Positions 1-11,974 are shown, counted from the stretch's first letter. The stretch is 64,000 bases of DNA from Eledone cirrhosa (GCA_964016885.1 OZ024740.1:123876001-123940000), one strand, 5' to 3'. Numbers and translations are program-made. Notes: generated by a model not told the origin, from the sequence alone.

Positions 1-632
1 GATCAGATGTTGTTTACTCGAGAGACGGCTACGTTGGTATGGTCACGTGATGCGCATGAAGGACGATAGCTGTATAACAAAGTGCAGGGCAATAAAGATA
101 GACGGTAGCCACGGAATAGGCATCCCAGAAAAACCTGGGACGAGCTGATAAACTCCGACCTCACACACTTACACCTCACCAAGACAATGTCACTGGACCG
201 AGATCTTTGGCGGTACTCAGTAATAGAGAAGACCCGCCTTACCTAAATACAAAGTAAAACCTACTACAGTCAGTAGGCATCTCTAACAAAATACACCCCG
301 TCCCACCACCCCCACCCCATCCATACCGCCCCCTTCTATGTAAAGTTATGTTGGCGCCACACCATCCAGGCCGAAACAAATGAGATCGTGTAGGTGTCAC
401 GACAAAAAAACACACAGTCCACGCTGTAATGTGGCCGTGTAGGCAACACGGTAAAAACCTCCCAGACCCACACTGTAAATGTGGTTGGTGTTAGGAAGGG
501 CATCCAACTGTAGAAAACCTGCCAGACAGTCCTATGCGAGCAAGACAATCACTCTTGCCTCAAGTGGGAAAACCCCCGTCCAAACCCATGCAAGCGTGGA
601 ACACGGACGTTAAACGTTGATGATGATGATGA

Positions 633-636
<4 letters not shown>
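1..636 (+). mobile_element. RTE-clade LINE, 3' end (long-3'UTR family) with (GAT)n tail
   Basis: Translates ERRLRWYGHVMRMKDDSC; 3'UTR has the GGTTGGTGTTAGGAAGGGCATCC motif; ends GTTAAACGTT(GAT)n next to (TA)n; closely matches 40459-41050 on the minus strand. Confidence 0.9.
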
Positions 637-668
<32 letters not shown>

Positions 669-689
669 AGATATAGATATCTATATTCA

Positions 690-950
690 CTCTTCTTCCA
701 ATTCTGCCTCAACATCGGATTTACCCTAGAGCAGTGGAAAACTGCCAGTGTTATTGCTCTATTCAATGTTAAAAAAAGGTGATCACATGTCACTTGTCAA
801 CTATTGTCCTGTCAGTCTTACTAGCTGCATCACCAAACTGAAGGAGTCCTGTGTCAGAGAAACACTCTGCAACTTCTGATACTCTCACAGCCTTATCCGG
901 CTCTCACAATTTGGATTTAACTCTAATTCCAGCTGCTGTGGCCAAATGGG
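690..950 (+). mobile_element. CR1/L2/Jockey-group LINE RT fragment (decayed)
   Basis: Reads EQWKTASVIALF/KKGDHMSLVNYCPVSLTSCITKLKE...SQFGF, matching WK.A.V.PI.KKG...NYRPISLTS...QFGF, with a frameshift and a stop. Confidence 0.75.
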
Positions 951-1639
951 TACATTATTCTATGTATCGTACATACACCTTTGATGTGTTGTATTGCACC
1001 TAGCCACTGTATACAATAATTTTCATTATCATTATCATTGATGACAAGTTTGGTCTTATTTAACATGCTGATATGCAGTGAGAAATGGGTGACCTGACCT
1101 CGGATAGCACAAGGAGGGTGTGAATGTGGTGATGATTAGAATGCCTAAGTAGAGTTACTGGTGGGGAGAGGGTGGTGTGATCAATAATGCAGAGATGGGT
1201 GGCACTTATCAGTGTGTCAGGAAGGAGGGTAACTAGTGATGGAGACAACAGATAAGGAGTGATAGTGGAGGAGGAATAGGTGTGGTGCCCAGATGTGGAG
1301 AGAGTAGCCACTAAGCTGCAATAGCGATGGTATCTAAGGTTTTTAAAGTATTTTCCATGTTAAAGTGGGAGTTAGCCCCTTGCACACCTTACGATACAAT
1401 TTTCCTCATCGTTCTTTCTTTTTTCAGGTAGTGTTATATGGCATCATTATCTTTCTCTTTCCAATCCATTTTGTAGCAATTTAGGGAATAATGTAAGTGA
1501 AATTTTTCTTCTGTTTCTAGCAGCACAAATGACACCACCAACGTTCCACTCCTTTATTGCTTATAGAAGTGTCTTCATTTGCTTGGAGAAAACTTCTGCT
1601 CATATCATAGGTATTATTTAAAGTCTAATGCCTGTCTTG

Positions 1640-1875
1640 TGCCTGGAGGATCATCGGGTTGGTGCTTATCCTGATTTCTATGGCATCTAGCAACTGAGAG
1701 TACCAGACACCCCTGACAAAGATGCTAATCCATCACAGGTTTAAACCCCCAGCCATTGCTAATACTCATTTTCAGTTGAGTATAATGGAGCAATGTAAAA
1801 TAAAGAGGTTTGCTTAAGAACACAACACACATTCAGGTCCAGAAATTGAACCCACAACATTATGATCATAACTAT
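1640..1875 (-). mobile_element. Degenerate tRNA-derived SINE (GAGCAAGACACTT-core family)
   Basis: Reverse complement resembles the TGTTGTGTCCTTGAGCAAGACACTTTATTTCACATTGCTCC core seen at 2160 and 42618. Confidence 0.55.
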
Positions 1876-2084
1876 AATATCTTTAAACAAGTGGCAGCAC
1901 TGAAAAAGTCCTGCATGTTCTGTTATTCTGTAAGGTTGTGCTTAAATCTTTACAAGAAGAACAAACTAGCAAAGTTATTGGAGCATAAGATTAAATTCTA
2001 TTGTATTTTTCTGCATCCGTACTCTGAGATTAAATCCCATTGAGGTTAACTTTGCCTTTCATCTTTTGTGGTCAATAAAGTAAA

Positions 2085-2200
2085 GGTGTGTGGCTGAGTT
2101 GTTAGAGAATTGGAATCGCAATCGTGAGGTTTGAGTTTGATTCCTGGACCGGGCGATGCGTTATGTCCTTGAGCAACGCACTTTATTTCATGTTGCTCCT
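2085..2200 (+). mobile_element. tRNA-derived SINE head plus core (GAGCAAGACACTT family)
   Basis: A-box-like TGGCTGAGTTG, B-box-like GTTTGATTCC, then GTCCTTGAGCAACGCACTTTATTTCA. Confidence 0.7.
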
Positions 2201-2409
2201 TCTTCCTAGAGTTGTGACTAGTAGATAGTATCAGCAATGGAAACATAAATGGAAACATAGCTTCCTTTGTTTGATCTGATGGTTGGCTCCTTTCTTTTCT
2301 AAGGAGGATACTCTCTGCTAAGTTAACTTGCCCCAAATATTCTACTTGAAGGAAAGCTGCTAATGGAGTTTCAATGATCCTAATTGTATGGTAACAATGA
2401 CACAAGCAA

Positions 2410-2495
2410 CCACTACTACCACCACTACCACCATCATCATTGCCATCATCATCATCACCATCATCATCATTATCGTTATCATCATCATCATCATC
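2410..2495. repeat. (CAC)n/(CAT)n compound microsatellite
   Basis: Direct reading; source of the poly-His, poly-Asp and poly-Ile ORFs. Confidence 0.95.
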
Positions 2496-3841
2496 TTCAC
2501 ACTCATTGCACACAAACATATTTATCTTTATATTATAATCAGAAATTCCTCATTAAAAAATATATTGGTTTGCATTTCATACTTTTCAAATAATTAAAAC
2601 ACACAATTATTTTAACCATGTTAAATAATTTGTATAATTAAAATTGAAAACACTGCAATGATTATCTTAATTATGATATTTCATAACGTAATTTACAACC
2701 ACAGGGTAGCATTCAGATAATTAAAGAATGTGTTAAAATTCATGTGTATATGTGTGTGTATGTGAATATATAAACGTGTGTGAGTGTGTGCACACATGTG
2801 TGCATGTCATCATAATCATTATTTTACATCTATTGTCCATGCTGGCATTGGCTGCACATGCTGTCACCTTCTAAAACTAGATGAGTCAGAGAACGACAGC
2901 TTACCCATATGTTTGCTTTTGACATGTTTTCTATAGCTGTATGTTCTTTCTAAACCCAACCACTTCACTGAGTGTATAGTGTGAAGTTAATCCTGGCACC
3001 ATATGTAGAAATAAAACAGTGAATATACATATATACATGGCAGTATTTAAAAAAAAGGCTTACATTGCGTTAGTCACTAAGTTAGTGAACAAGAGCAATT
3101 TCAAAAGACCATATGTATATATCTATATAAATACTGTTCCAGGTTCCCAAAATATGCTTCCAATGTGAGACGGTTTCAGCATGGCCGACTGGTCTGTCCC
3201 TCTTCATAGAGGGGCCACCCAGTTCCACACAGTAAATGTGGTTATGGCAGTGAAACTGTGGTTCCACTGTGAGAGGTGTTCATCATGGGCCACTGGCCTG
3301 TCTCTTCTCATAACAGTGCCATCCAGTTCCACACTGTAAATGTGGTTGGTGTTAGGAAGAGCATCCAGATGTAAAAACCTTGGCCAAATTTACAGTCCCA
3401 TCTGAGCAAGGTATGGTATGGCCAATCCTGGCCAGACTTGTCTCTCAATGTGGACAGCCCATCTGACTGATGCAAGCATGGAAAAATGGACATTAAACAG
3501 TGATGATGATGATATGCAAAAAGTAAACAAAAAAAAGCACTACAAATGAAGAATTGCAATGAAGATATATATTAGTTTTGTGCTTAATATAGTAGGAACA
3601 ATCTTAATGTTTTGGATGGTAATCCTTTAACAGAAAATAGAATGAGAACTTAAAGAAGAAATTTTAAAAAAAGAGTGAACAGTGGTAGAAATGAAAAGAA
3701 ATTCTTTGAGAAAGAAAGAGCAGGTCTGTTCATTTAGCTATCTCTTGGAAAAATGGGTTTACCCTGACCCTATGTGAACCTCCACTTGGACACTCCTTTG
3801 GATCACTGAACCTTTCATTGCATTTCGTATGTGAGTATATA

Positions 3842-4733
3842 TCATCATCATCTTTTCCCTGCTCGCAAGGGTGGGATGGGTCCTATTCAGCACAGCATCT
3901 CTCCACTTGTCACGGTCCTTCGTCATCTCCTCTGTGAGTTTCAGTGATCTGAGGTCTGCTTTCACCACCTCCGCCCATGTTTATCATGGTCTACCTCTAT
4001 TGCGTCTTCCTTCTACTGGGATTTCTTCGCACTTCTTTACCCAGCGGTCATCCTCCATGCACATCACATGTCCAGACCATGTCAGTCTTCTCTCCTGCAC
4101 ACCACAACTTATCCCTCTTATACCCAGTTTCTTTCTTAACTCGTCTGTACTTGGTCGTTCGCGCACATTGACATTGCACATCCAACGGAGCATGCTTGCT
4201 TCATTTCTCTCCAGCCGCTGCATATCCTCTGCAGTTGCTGCCCATGTCTCACTACCATGCAGCATTGCGCATCTCACACAGGCATCATATAACCGTACTT
4301 TTGTATGCAGGGAGAAACTCTTCTTTGTCAACAGAGGAATCAGCTCCCTAAACTTCTTCCAACCCATCCTTATTCTAGATACTATGGCCTCAGCACACCC
4401 TCCTCCCATGCTAATCCGATCACCTAGGTACCGGAAGCTATCAACCACTTCTATAGAACCCACTTGCATTTGAAAAATATGTCTATCACTGTGATTACTA
4501 CTGCCAACTTTCCCTGTACATCTACTGCATACATAGTTTTCCCTACCTGTTAGTTTGCCTGCTATCCCAATACATCTCTTGTGTATCCAAGATCTGCATT
4601 GCGTACATTTTATGGAATTTATGCCAGTTCCTTTCCTGCAAATCGAACATGGCCATTTCCCTGATGGAATCAGAGTATTGTCCTCTCTTCTACTTATCAA
4701 CACTTTTGTCTTAGCTATGTTCACTCTCAGTCG
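3842..4733 (-). mobile_element. RTE LINE 5'-truncated copy (short-3'UTR family)
   Basis: ORF 3984-4748 has SGKWPCSICRKG Cys-rich region, FRYLGD, MLHGSETW, ERRLTWSGHV; (GAT)n tail at about 3842-3852 beside TATA. Confidence 0.92.
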
Positions 4734-4822
4734 GAAGTAAAAACTCACAATGATCCCCTATGATACAATGAACTCAAGGAAGAAAAACCAAACTCTTTAT
4801 AAATCATATTGGGAATTTTTTA

Positions 4823-4886
4823 TTTGATATATATGACTCTTAATTTGATATATATGACTTTTGATTTGATATATATGACTCCTAAT
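4823..4886. repeat. 21-bp tandem repeat, 3 copies (ATTTGATATATATGACTCTTA)
   Basis: Direct reading. Confidence 0.85.
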
Positions 4887-5351
4887 TCATTAATTAATAT
4901 TTGTAGAGTCTTTTTATTATTTGACGGGCTCTAGACTGCGATTTTTAGTGACCTAATAGCTTCTTCAAGCAGCCTTGGACTATTTGATTCATGCTGCTCT
5001 TATTTTGATACCCTGTGCATCTCAGATGTTAGTTATCTGTTCTCTCTTTCATATGTGAAGTTTATAATTTGCAGTTACGACCATTGAAAAGATCCTGATA
5101 ATGATTTCATTGCATTTTATAACGAAATATAAATATGTTTATATCTGTGTGTATATTGTTATAATGGAAGGTTTATACACTTTGATTTATTCTTTTAATT
5201 AATTTGTATATACTGCTCCATCCATAGTTTTTATGTTCTTTACCAGGGTGGTATTTTATTCCCTATTACCTGACATAATTTATTATGTGTCTATCTCTCA
5301 TTACTATGATTTATTTTGACATGTATGTATATACACATATATATATGAGGA

Positions 5352-5404
5352 GGGACCGTCCTGATGAAGACCAGTCAAGTCTGAAATGCATAGACGGTTG
5401 TCCC
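5352..5404 (+). ncRNA. Minimal type-I hammerhead ribozyme, canonical core
   Basis: ACCGTC-CTGATGA-AGAC cagtcaa GTCT-GAAA-TGCA-TA-GACGGT; stems I and II pair, stem III is palindromic. Confidence 0.85.
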
Positions 5405-5554
5405 CCTTGCTTCTGCTAGACACCACCAGAGGCCATTAGCCCTAGTGTTTGCATAGCTATGGCTTCCTAAATGTTTCCTGTAAACACACCATGTTTCTTT
5501 AGAAATACAAAATTTCTATACATGTCTGTATAAAGCTATGCTTGAAGCTAATTG

Positions 5555-5590
<36 letters not shown>

Positions 5591-5650
5591 CAAGGCTCTG
5601 ATACCATCAACACTATAAATACAGAGCTGGCATATCTAAGAACTGACTAA

Positions 5651-5704
5651 CTGCCTGATGAGGTCATAACCATTCAATGGCTATCATCGAAATATATATA
5701 GCTG
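5651..5704 (+). ncRNA. Hammerhead-like motif, imperfect stems
   Basis: CTGC-CTGATGA-ggtcataaccattcaatggctatcatc-GAAA-TATATA-TA-GCTG; one mismatch in stem I. Confidence 0.6.
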
Positions 5705-5983
5705 AAAATAAAGGATTATGAGTTCATGCAATTGACTTATGTTTCGTCACTATATATATATATGGTGGCTGCCAACTCGTTTTCGAGAGAGAGAAAAGGA
5801 GGGATAGGTGATACATGTAGTTATTTGCCAAATAGCGTATGCAGAGGGTGCTCAATACTATTGCCGGCAGTGTTAGATATTAGAAGTGCTAATATCTAGT
5901 GGGCGAGAGAAATAGCAGAGCGTAAGCACGTGAAGAAGTAAAATACAGGAGAACAGACCGTTAAAACATATTTATTTAAAATA

Positions 5984-6023
5984 GCACCTACGTACGTTTT
6001 GCCCGAATGGGCTTCTCAAGGGC
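5984..6023 (-). ncRNA. Hammerhead variant (TTGAGAA core), inverted arm copy
   Basis: Reverse complement GCCC-TTGAGAA-GCCC attc GGGC-aAAA-CGTACG-TA-GGTGC; G12 mutated. Confidence 0.6.
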
Positions 6024-6269
6024 ATAACTACTCCTAACCTAGCTGACATCATAGTAACAACAAATCACAGTAAGATCACTAAGACACAGCACCTTAGCAC
6101 AGACGCACCTACACCTGACAACAACTATATTGGCCTTAACGACTCCTTAGCAGCATCCACTAGTGCTGGCAACAGCCTCTACAGACGCAACCAACATAAC
6201 CGCGACATTACTGGGGAACATGCAGGTGACCCGCATGGGTCACCTGGCGGCAACGGAAGACGCTGCTGC

Positions 6270-6773
6270 GTGTGGATTAATAATGGTACTACCCCGCGCA
6301 CAGTGGGTTACAATGGTGCTAATGACAGATGTGGGAGCGTAGGTAACAACGTAGATAGCAATAATAATAGCCTTACCGTGGGAGCTCGAGGGGACTGCGA
6401 CCGAAATTGCAACTGCCGAGACAGGGAACGCTGCACCCTTAGGGGAAACTGCTTGACTGATAGAGTTATATATAGGTGCACCGTAACTAGCCATAATAGC
6501 GTTAAACATTATATAGGGGATACCTCTGGCCCGTTCAAAATTAGATTTCGAACACATCTACACTCTTTCGCAAATAAGAAATTAAGACACTCGACTTCGC
6601 TCGTGAACTACATCACAGCATTAAAAGACTTAAACATCAGCTTCTCCACACACTGGGAAATTGTCGGCAGGGCTGCACCGTACAACTTCAAGAGGAAGAC
6701 TGCCCTAACACCGGCCAGAGTTATCTCCCTTGACCTACAGCAAAATCAAAACATGTTTTTTTACAAAGAATAA
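6270..6773 (+). pseudogene. PLE GIY-YIG endonuclease domain (truncated ORF)
   Basis: CNCRDRERCTLRGNCL..VIYRCTV...HYIGDTSGPFKIRFRTHLHSF...STSLVNYITALKD..THWEIV. Confidence 0.85.
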
Positions 6774-6840
6774 ACTCTGACGTGAACTTATCTCTAAAAA
6801 CCCATTCCGGGTCATGTAAGTAACGCTTTTTAGTTATTAT

Positions 6841-6880
6841 GCCCTTGAGAAGCCCATTCGGGCGAAACGTACATAGATGC
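6841..6880 (+). ncRNA. Hammerhead variant (TTGAGAA core, U3:A8)
   Basis: GCCC-TTGAGAA-GCCC attc GGGC-GAAA-CGTACA-TA-GATGC. Confidence 0.65.
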
Positions 6881-7207
6881 TATTTTAAATAAACATGTTT
6901 TAACGGTCTGTTCAACTGTATTTTACTTCTCCACGTATATATATATAAATATATATATCACGAAGGAAATGTGGTAAGGAACCAGGTGGACCATAACGCA
7001 CCAAATTATATATATATATGGGGAGGGTCATATTTGTGTAATATTGCCAGAATTAATAACAGAACACACTCACTGTTTGGTTGGTTTTCGCTTTTCGCTT
7101 CTGTGTCTTTTATATCGGTAATCTAATTTATTCGGTCCTCAGTGTTGACATTGACTGACCAACGGTCAAAAATAATACAGATACAATATAGACACAAACA
7201 CATATAT

Positions 7208-7263
7208 ATAGTTTATCAAAGTTCTTTCGTTGCACATCTGCAACATCGTCAGTGGCGCTATAG
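7208..7263 (-). ncRNA. Hammerhead motif in inverted pLTR
   Basis: Reverse complement gcca-CTGACGA-t-GTTGCA gatg TGCAAC-GAAA-GAAC-TT-tgat; weak stem I. Confidence 0.65.
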
Positions 7264-8354
7264 ATTCCTCCCGTTGCATTGTAGTTCTACGCCATCTTTA
7301 TTTAGTCTATTTATTTATTTATACTTCTCTTAGGTCAGTGTTGTTTGTTTGGGTGTTGTTGTTATTCCATTCATTCTTTCTGTTTAGTCTTGGCCTTCTA
7401 AGTTCTATTTCACTGGCCTCTCTGATTTGCCTATCTGCTGGGTCATTTCTATGTTTAGATATTATTCTAATTTCTATGTTGTCTATGTTACCGTCGTGTT
7501 GTTGTCTGGCATGTTCGTATAGTACTGACCCGTTTTATCGTCCTTTTAGTTCCCCCCAGTGTTGGTCTATCCTTTCACCTATGCTACGAGCTGTTTCGCC
7601 TATGTATGTTGTTGTCATGTTTCTGCAAGTACCTTCTGTACATCTTATGCTATAGACTACGTTTCTAGTTTTACAGTTTATCCGGGGTTTACCTTACATA
7701 TGATATATTTCCTATTAGTACAGTGAGTTTTCTTAAAAGGGTAGGTTTTGCTGATCAGGGATTTTATGGTGGTTCCTGGCTTTTCTACCACCTTAATCTT
7801 TAAGTGGGTCTTTCTCAGGGCCTTTCTACACTGGTTAGCTAATTTTCCTCCAGGGGTAGCATCCACAAACATGACACTCTGGTTGTCGTAACATGAGATG
7901 GCTTTCCCTATCTTATGTCTAGCCCTATCTAAGCTGTTCCAGGATTTGCTCCTGTATAATGGGCAAATTCCTTTCATGTCCAGTTCTATGAGGGACTTAT
8001 ACTTCTCCATGACTCCTTCGTATACTCCGACTCTGTCTCTTTGGTTGTAGCCAGAGAACTGCATGCGGTAGTAATGGAAATAATACATGTAGCAACATTA
8101 ATGATAGACACAACAAAAACAAGAAACATAATAAAAGTAACAACCACAATGGTAGAAATAACAGTAACAACAACAATAACGGTGAAGTAAACAACAATAC
8201 ATCTAGCAATCATAAGAATAATAATAATGCTAATGATAGGAACAACAGCAACCACCATAATAACAATAATAGCAACACACACAACTATGACGATAGATAT
8301 AATGACAACCCCTTAGATAAACTATTTTTCAACCCAGCTGACAAAACATATAAG

Positions 8355-9989
8355 ATGGGTAATATCTATCCTACGAGGTTACCCTTTAATAAAAGAGTTT
8401 GCATACCACAACAAATAGATGACGAGACAGAGGCACAGTTCACCATAGCTAGAAATAAGATTAGACAAATAGTAGACAGGTATACTAAGAGACAGAGCAG
8501 ACTAGAGGCCCAACAACTTGGAAGGAAACCTGTAGAAGGCTTGGTTAGCCTCAAGCAACGCGCAAGGGAGGGAGAGGTAGTATGTCTACCCACGCATAAG
8601 TCGGGTAGGATGTCAATAGATAGCATGCCGAACTACATCAAGGCTAACACGAGCGAAATTGCACAGCAAACACATGATGGGAGAGAGAAAATCCTCAACG
8701 CTCACATGATGATGTGGACTGACATCCTAAAGCCAAACAGATGCACTGCCAACAACTTCCAGGCGTCTAAGAATGCCATACTACACTTGTATGGGCTCCG
8801 CAAAGACCACAACACAGTCGACGACCCGACAACAGGACCACCAACAAGACCCGTATGCGGAGCTAATATAGCCAGCAACTACAGGATCTCCTACTTCCTC
8901 TCAATGGTTATACGCCCCATAATCAAGATGTCCCCAGATGTATGTGACAGTACAGAGGACCTCCTCAGCAGAATCAGTGAGTGCAACAAAAACAGGAACC
9001 TATCCAACTGCATAATAGGCAGCATGGATGTGGTATCACTGTCCCCATCCATTAACATTGATTTTGCTGTGGGAAAATGTATGGAGATGATCATTGAGAG
9101 TGAGGTGGAGTTCTGCGACGTCGACCCAGACGAACTGGGCCTCCTACTTAGACTTACCTACGACACTGACTACCTAGACAACCATGACCTTAGACGTTTC
9201 TGCCTTAGTAGACCCATAAGAGGTAGGTATACCCCCACCATAACCTCCATGGCAAAAAAGACTCCCATGGGAAGGTGGATTGGTTGGACCAAAGCTATAC
9301 GGACCCCCCAAAACAATGATCAGGTAAGAAAAATGGTCGCACATGCAATAGGGGCTTGTATCAAAACTACCATAAAGGGCCACATATTCAAGTTCAACGA
9401 GAAGATCTACACCCAAAATGAGGGAGCAGCCATTGGCGTCAGCATAGCTGGTGATGTTGCCAACCTTTTTATGGTATTTTGGGAAAGGAGACTTAAAGAT
9501 CTCCTTGATAAGAGCTCCATAGACCTCGTGTACTCTCGTTACGTAGACGATATCAATATAGTTATAAGAACATCCCCACTAGAGAGCACTAACAAGTTTG
9601 ATTTAGAACGTAGCACAATGGAAAGCATCCAGCAGATAGCTAATTCCATACACCAGAGTATAACTGTAACTATCGATTACCCTTCCAAAGACCCTAACAA
9701 TAGACTACCTGAATTAGACACGGAATTCTGGATTAACACTATAGACGAGAGAGCCCAAATTTTCCACTCACACTATGCTAAACCCATGCCCCTCAAATAC
9801 CTGATACTCAAAAGCTCAGCAATGTACAGTAGTGCTACGTCTAATATTCTGATCGCAGATTTGGTACGAGTGATGAAGAATGTGTCCCACATGTGCGACC
9901 CAACAGAAATGGAAAGGCACATCCAACACTTCATCAACCGCATGCAGTTCTCTGGTTACAACCAAAGAGACAGAGTCAGGGTATGCTAA
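8355..9989 (+). pseudogene. PLE reverse transcriptase (544 aa uninterrupted, premature stop at end)
   Basis: THKSG, LYGLRKDH, PTRPVC, IGSMDVVSLSPSI, IYTQNEGAAIG, YSRYVDDINI, LPELDTEF, HYAKPM motifs. Confidence 0.92.
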
Positions 9990-9995
9990 GGAGCC

Positions 9996-10625
9996 ATGGA
10001 GAACCATAAGACCCTCATAGAACTGGACATGAAAGGAATTTGCCCATTATACAGGAGCAAATCCTGGAATAGCTTAGATAGGGCTAAACATAAGATAGGG
10101 AAAGCCATCTCATGGTACGACAACCAGAGATACCAGAGTGTCATGTTTGTGGATGCTACCCCTGGAGGAAAATTAGCTAACCAGTGTAGAAAGGCCCTGA
10201 GAAAGATCCACTTAAAAATTAAGGTGGTAGAAAAGCCAGGAACCACCATAAAATCCCTGATTAGCAAAACCTACCCTTTTAAGAAAACCCACTGTACTAA
10301 TAGGAAATGTATCATGTAAGGTAAACCCCCAGATAAACTGTAAAACTAGAAACGTAGTCTATAGCATAAGATGTACAGAAGGTACTTGCAGAAACATGAC
10401 AACAACATACATAGGCGAAACAGCTCGTAGCATAGGTGAAAGGATAGACCAATACTGGGGGGAACTAAAAGGACGATAAAACGGGTCAGTACTATACGAA
10501 CATGCCAGACAACAACACGACGGTAACATAGACAACATATAAGTTAGAATAATATCTAAACATAGAAATGACCCAGCAGATAGGCAAATCAGAGAGGCCA
10601 GTGAAAGAATGAATGGAATAACAAC
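9996..10625 (+). pseudogene. PLE linker plus GIY-YIG endonuclease (frameshifted)
   Basis: SVMFVDATPGGKLA, Cys linker HCTNRKCI, then NCKTRNVVYSIRC...TYIGETARSIGERI. Confidence 0.88.
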
Positions 10626-10926
10626 AACACCCAAACAAACAACACTGACCTAAGAGAAGTATAAATAAATAAATAGATAAATAAAGAAATACATACACAA
10701 GCACAATAACAACAAACACATATAAACACACACTAGTAAACATAGAATACATTAACCAATACACAGTCACCCAATCACGAACACACATCAAACAAAACAC
10801 TATACACACACGCAAACGCATGCGCAAAGAAGTCAAAATAAAATAAACAAACAAACAAATAAATAAATAAATATCTAAACAGACTAAATAAAGATGGCGT
10901 AGAAGTACAAGTCAACGGGAGGAATC

Positions 10927-10982
10927 TATAGCACCACTGACGATGTTGCAGATGTGCAACGAAAGAATTTTGATAAACTATA
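10927..10982 (+). ncRNA. Hammerhead motif in 3' pLTR
   Basis: acca-CTGACGA-t-GTTGCA gatg TGCAAC-GAAA-GAAT-TT-tgat. Confidence 0.62.
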
Positions 10983-11245
10983 TATATGTGTTTATGTCTA
11001 TATTGTATCTGTATTATTATTGACCGTTGGTCAGTCAATGGCAACATTGAGGACCGAATAAATTAGATTACCGATATAAAAGACACCGAAGCGAAAAGCG
11101 AAAACCAACCAAACAGTGAGTGTGTTCTGTTACTAATTCTGGCAATATTACCCAAATATGACCCTCCCCAAGTATAACAATATTTGTTTCGACACACGAT
11201 TTCATATAAAAAACCTCGCCAAACTAATTCATTGCTGTTATATAT

Positions 11246-11350
11246 CCCGCCGAGGTTAACTTTGCCTTTCATCCTTACGGGGTCGATAAAAAATAAAGTA
11301 CCAGTCATGTACTGGGTAATTGCTGGCCTTGTGCCAAAAGTAGAAACAGT
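11246..11350 (+). mobile_element. 5'-truncated SINE (GCCTTTCATCC...GGGGTCGATAAA family)
   Basis: Matches the 3' half of the full copies at 39880 and 53924. Confidence 0.85.
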
Positions 11351-11572
11351 TTTATATATATATATATATATAAAATATATAAAATATCATCAGACTCTGC
11401 CCCGAAGGAACATAGAGTGCTCAAGTGGCATACCGCCTATGGACGCATCCTAGCAACCATATGACATATATATATATATATGCAGAGGTTATATTTAATT
11501 TGTTGGGATTCAACAAACTTAAACATTTTTATAACTGATATAAAGCACTCAACAGTTTAGTGGAGTAAATAC

Positions 11573-11822
11573 ACAATATATTAATAAATGGAAACTATAT
11601 TTATAAAACCATATTTATTTTATTATACATATTTCAAGGGCAACCAAGGCAAATTATGGTTAAGGTTGTCTTTTTTTCCGGGTATGTCAATATTTATTTA
11701 TAAAACAAATCTGTATTTTATCTGATGAAAGCGCCCCATAATTTGCCTTGGTTGCCCTTGAAATATGTATAATAAAATAAATATGGTTTTATAAATATAG
11801 TTTCCATTTATTAATATATTGT
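11573..11822. repeat. 87-bp inverted repeat with 76-bp spacer and degenerate HHR
   Basis: 11573-11659 is the reverse complement of 11736-11822; CTGATGA at 11722 ... GAAA-TATG-TA at 11760. Confidence 0.85.
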
Positions 11823-11974
11823 ATATATATATGTACACACATAGAGAATGAGAGAGAGTTAGTTCTACAACAAATTAACAAATCACACATAAGGACATCT
11901 GATTCACCTGAAGGATTATTTAATTCAAGTATGGTTATAGCGAGAATGGAAGTTATATTTATATATATATGTAT

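Larger units (their letters stand above)
5928..6936 (+). mobile_element. Penelope-like element 3' fragment (GIY-YIG) with inverted terminal copy
   Basis: Inverted repeat 5928-6030 / 6834-6936 flanks the GIY-YIG ORF; HHR variant in both arms; (TA)n on the right. Confidence 0.85.
7019..11235 (+). mobile_element. Near-complete Penelope-like element with inverted 5' pseudo-LTR
   Basis: 7019-8069 is the reverse complement of 9937-11168; RT and GIY-YIG in between; flanked by TA runs. Confidence 0.92.

Noticed and set aside
2046-2597. Poly-Asp, poly-His and poly-Ile ORFs
   Set aside because: Translations of a (CAT)n/(CAC)n microsatellite plus SINE sequence
3871-4473. 200-aa plus-strand ORF, and similar ones at 21771, 22255 and 42979
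   Set aside because: Antisense shadows of RTE coding sequence
5928-6936. DNA transposon interpretation (TIRs around an ORF)
   Set aside because: The ORF is GIY-YIG rather than a DDE transposase, and the arms are PLE 3' ends containing HHR motifs
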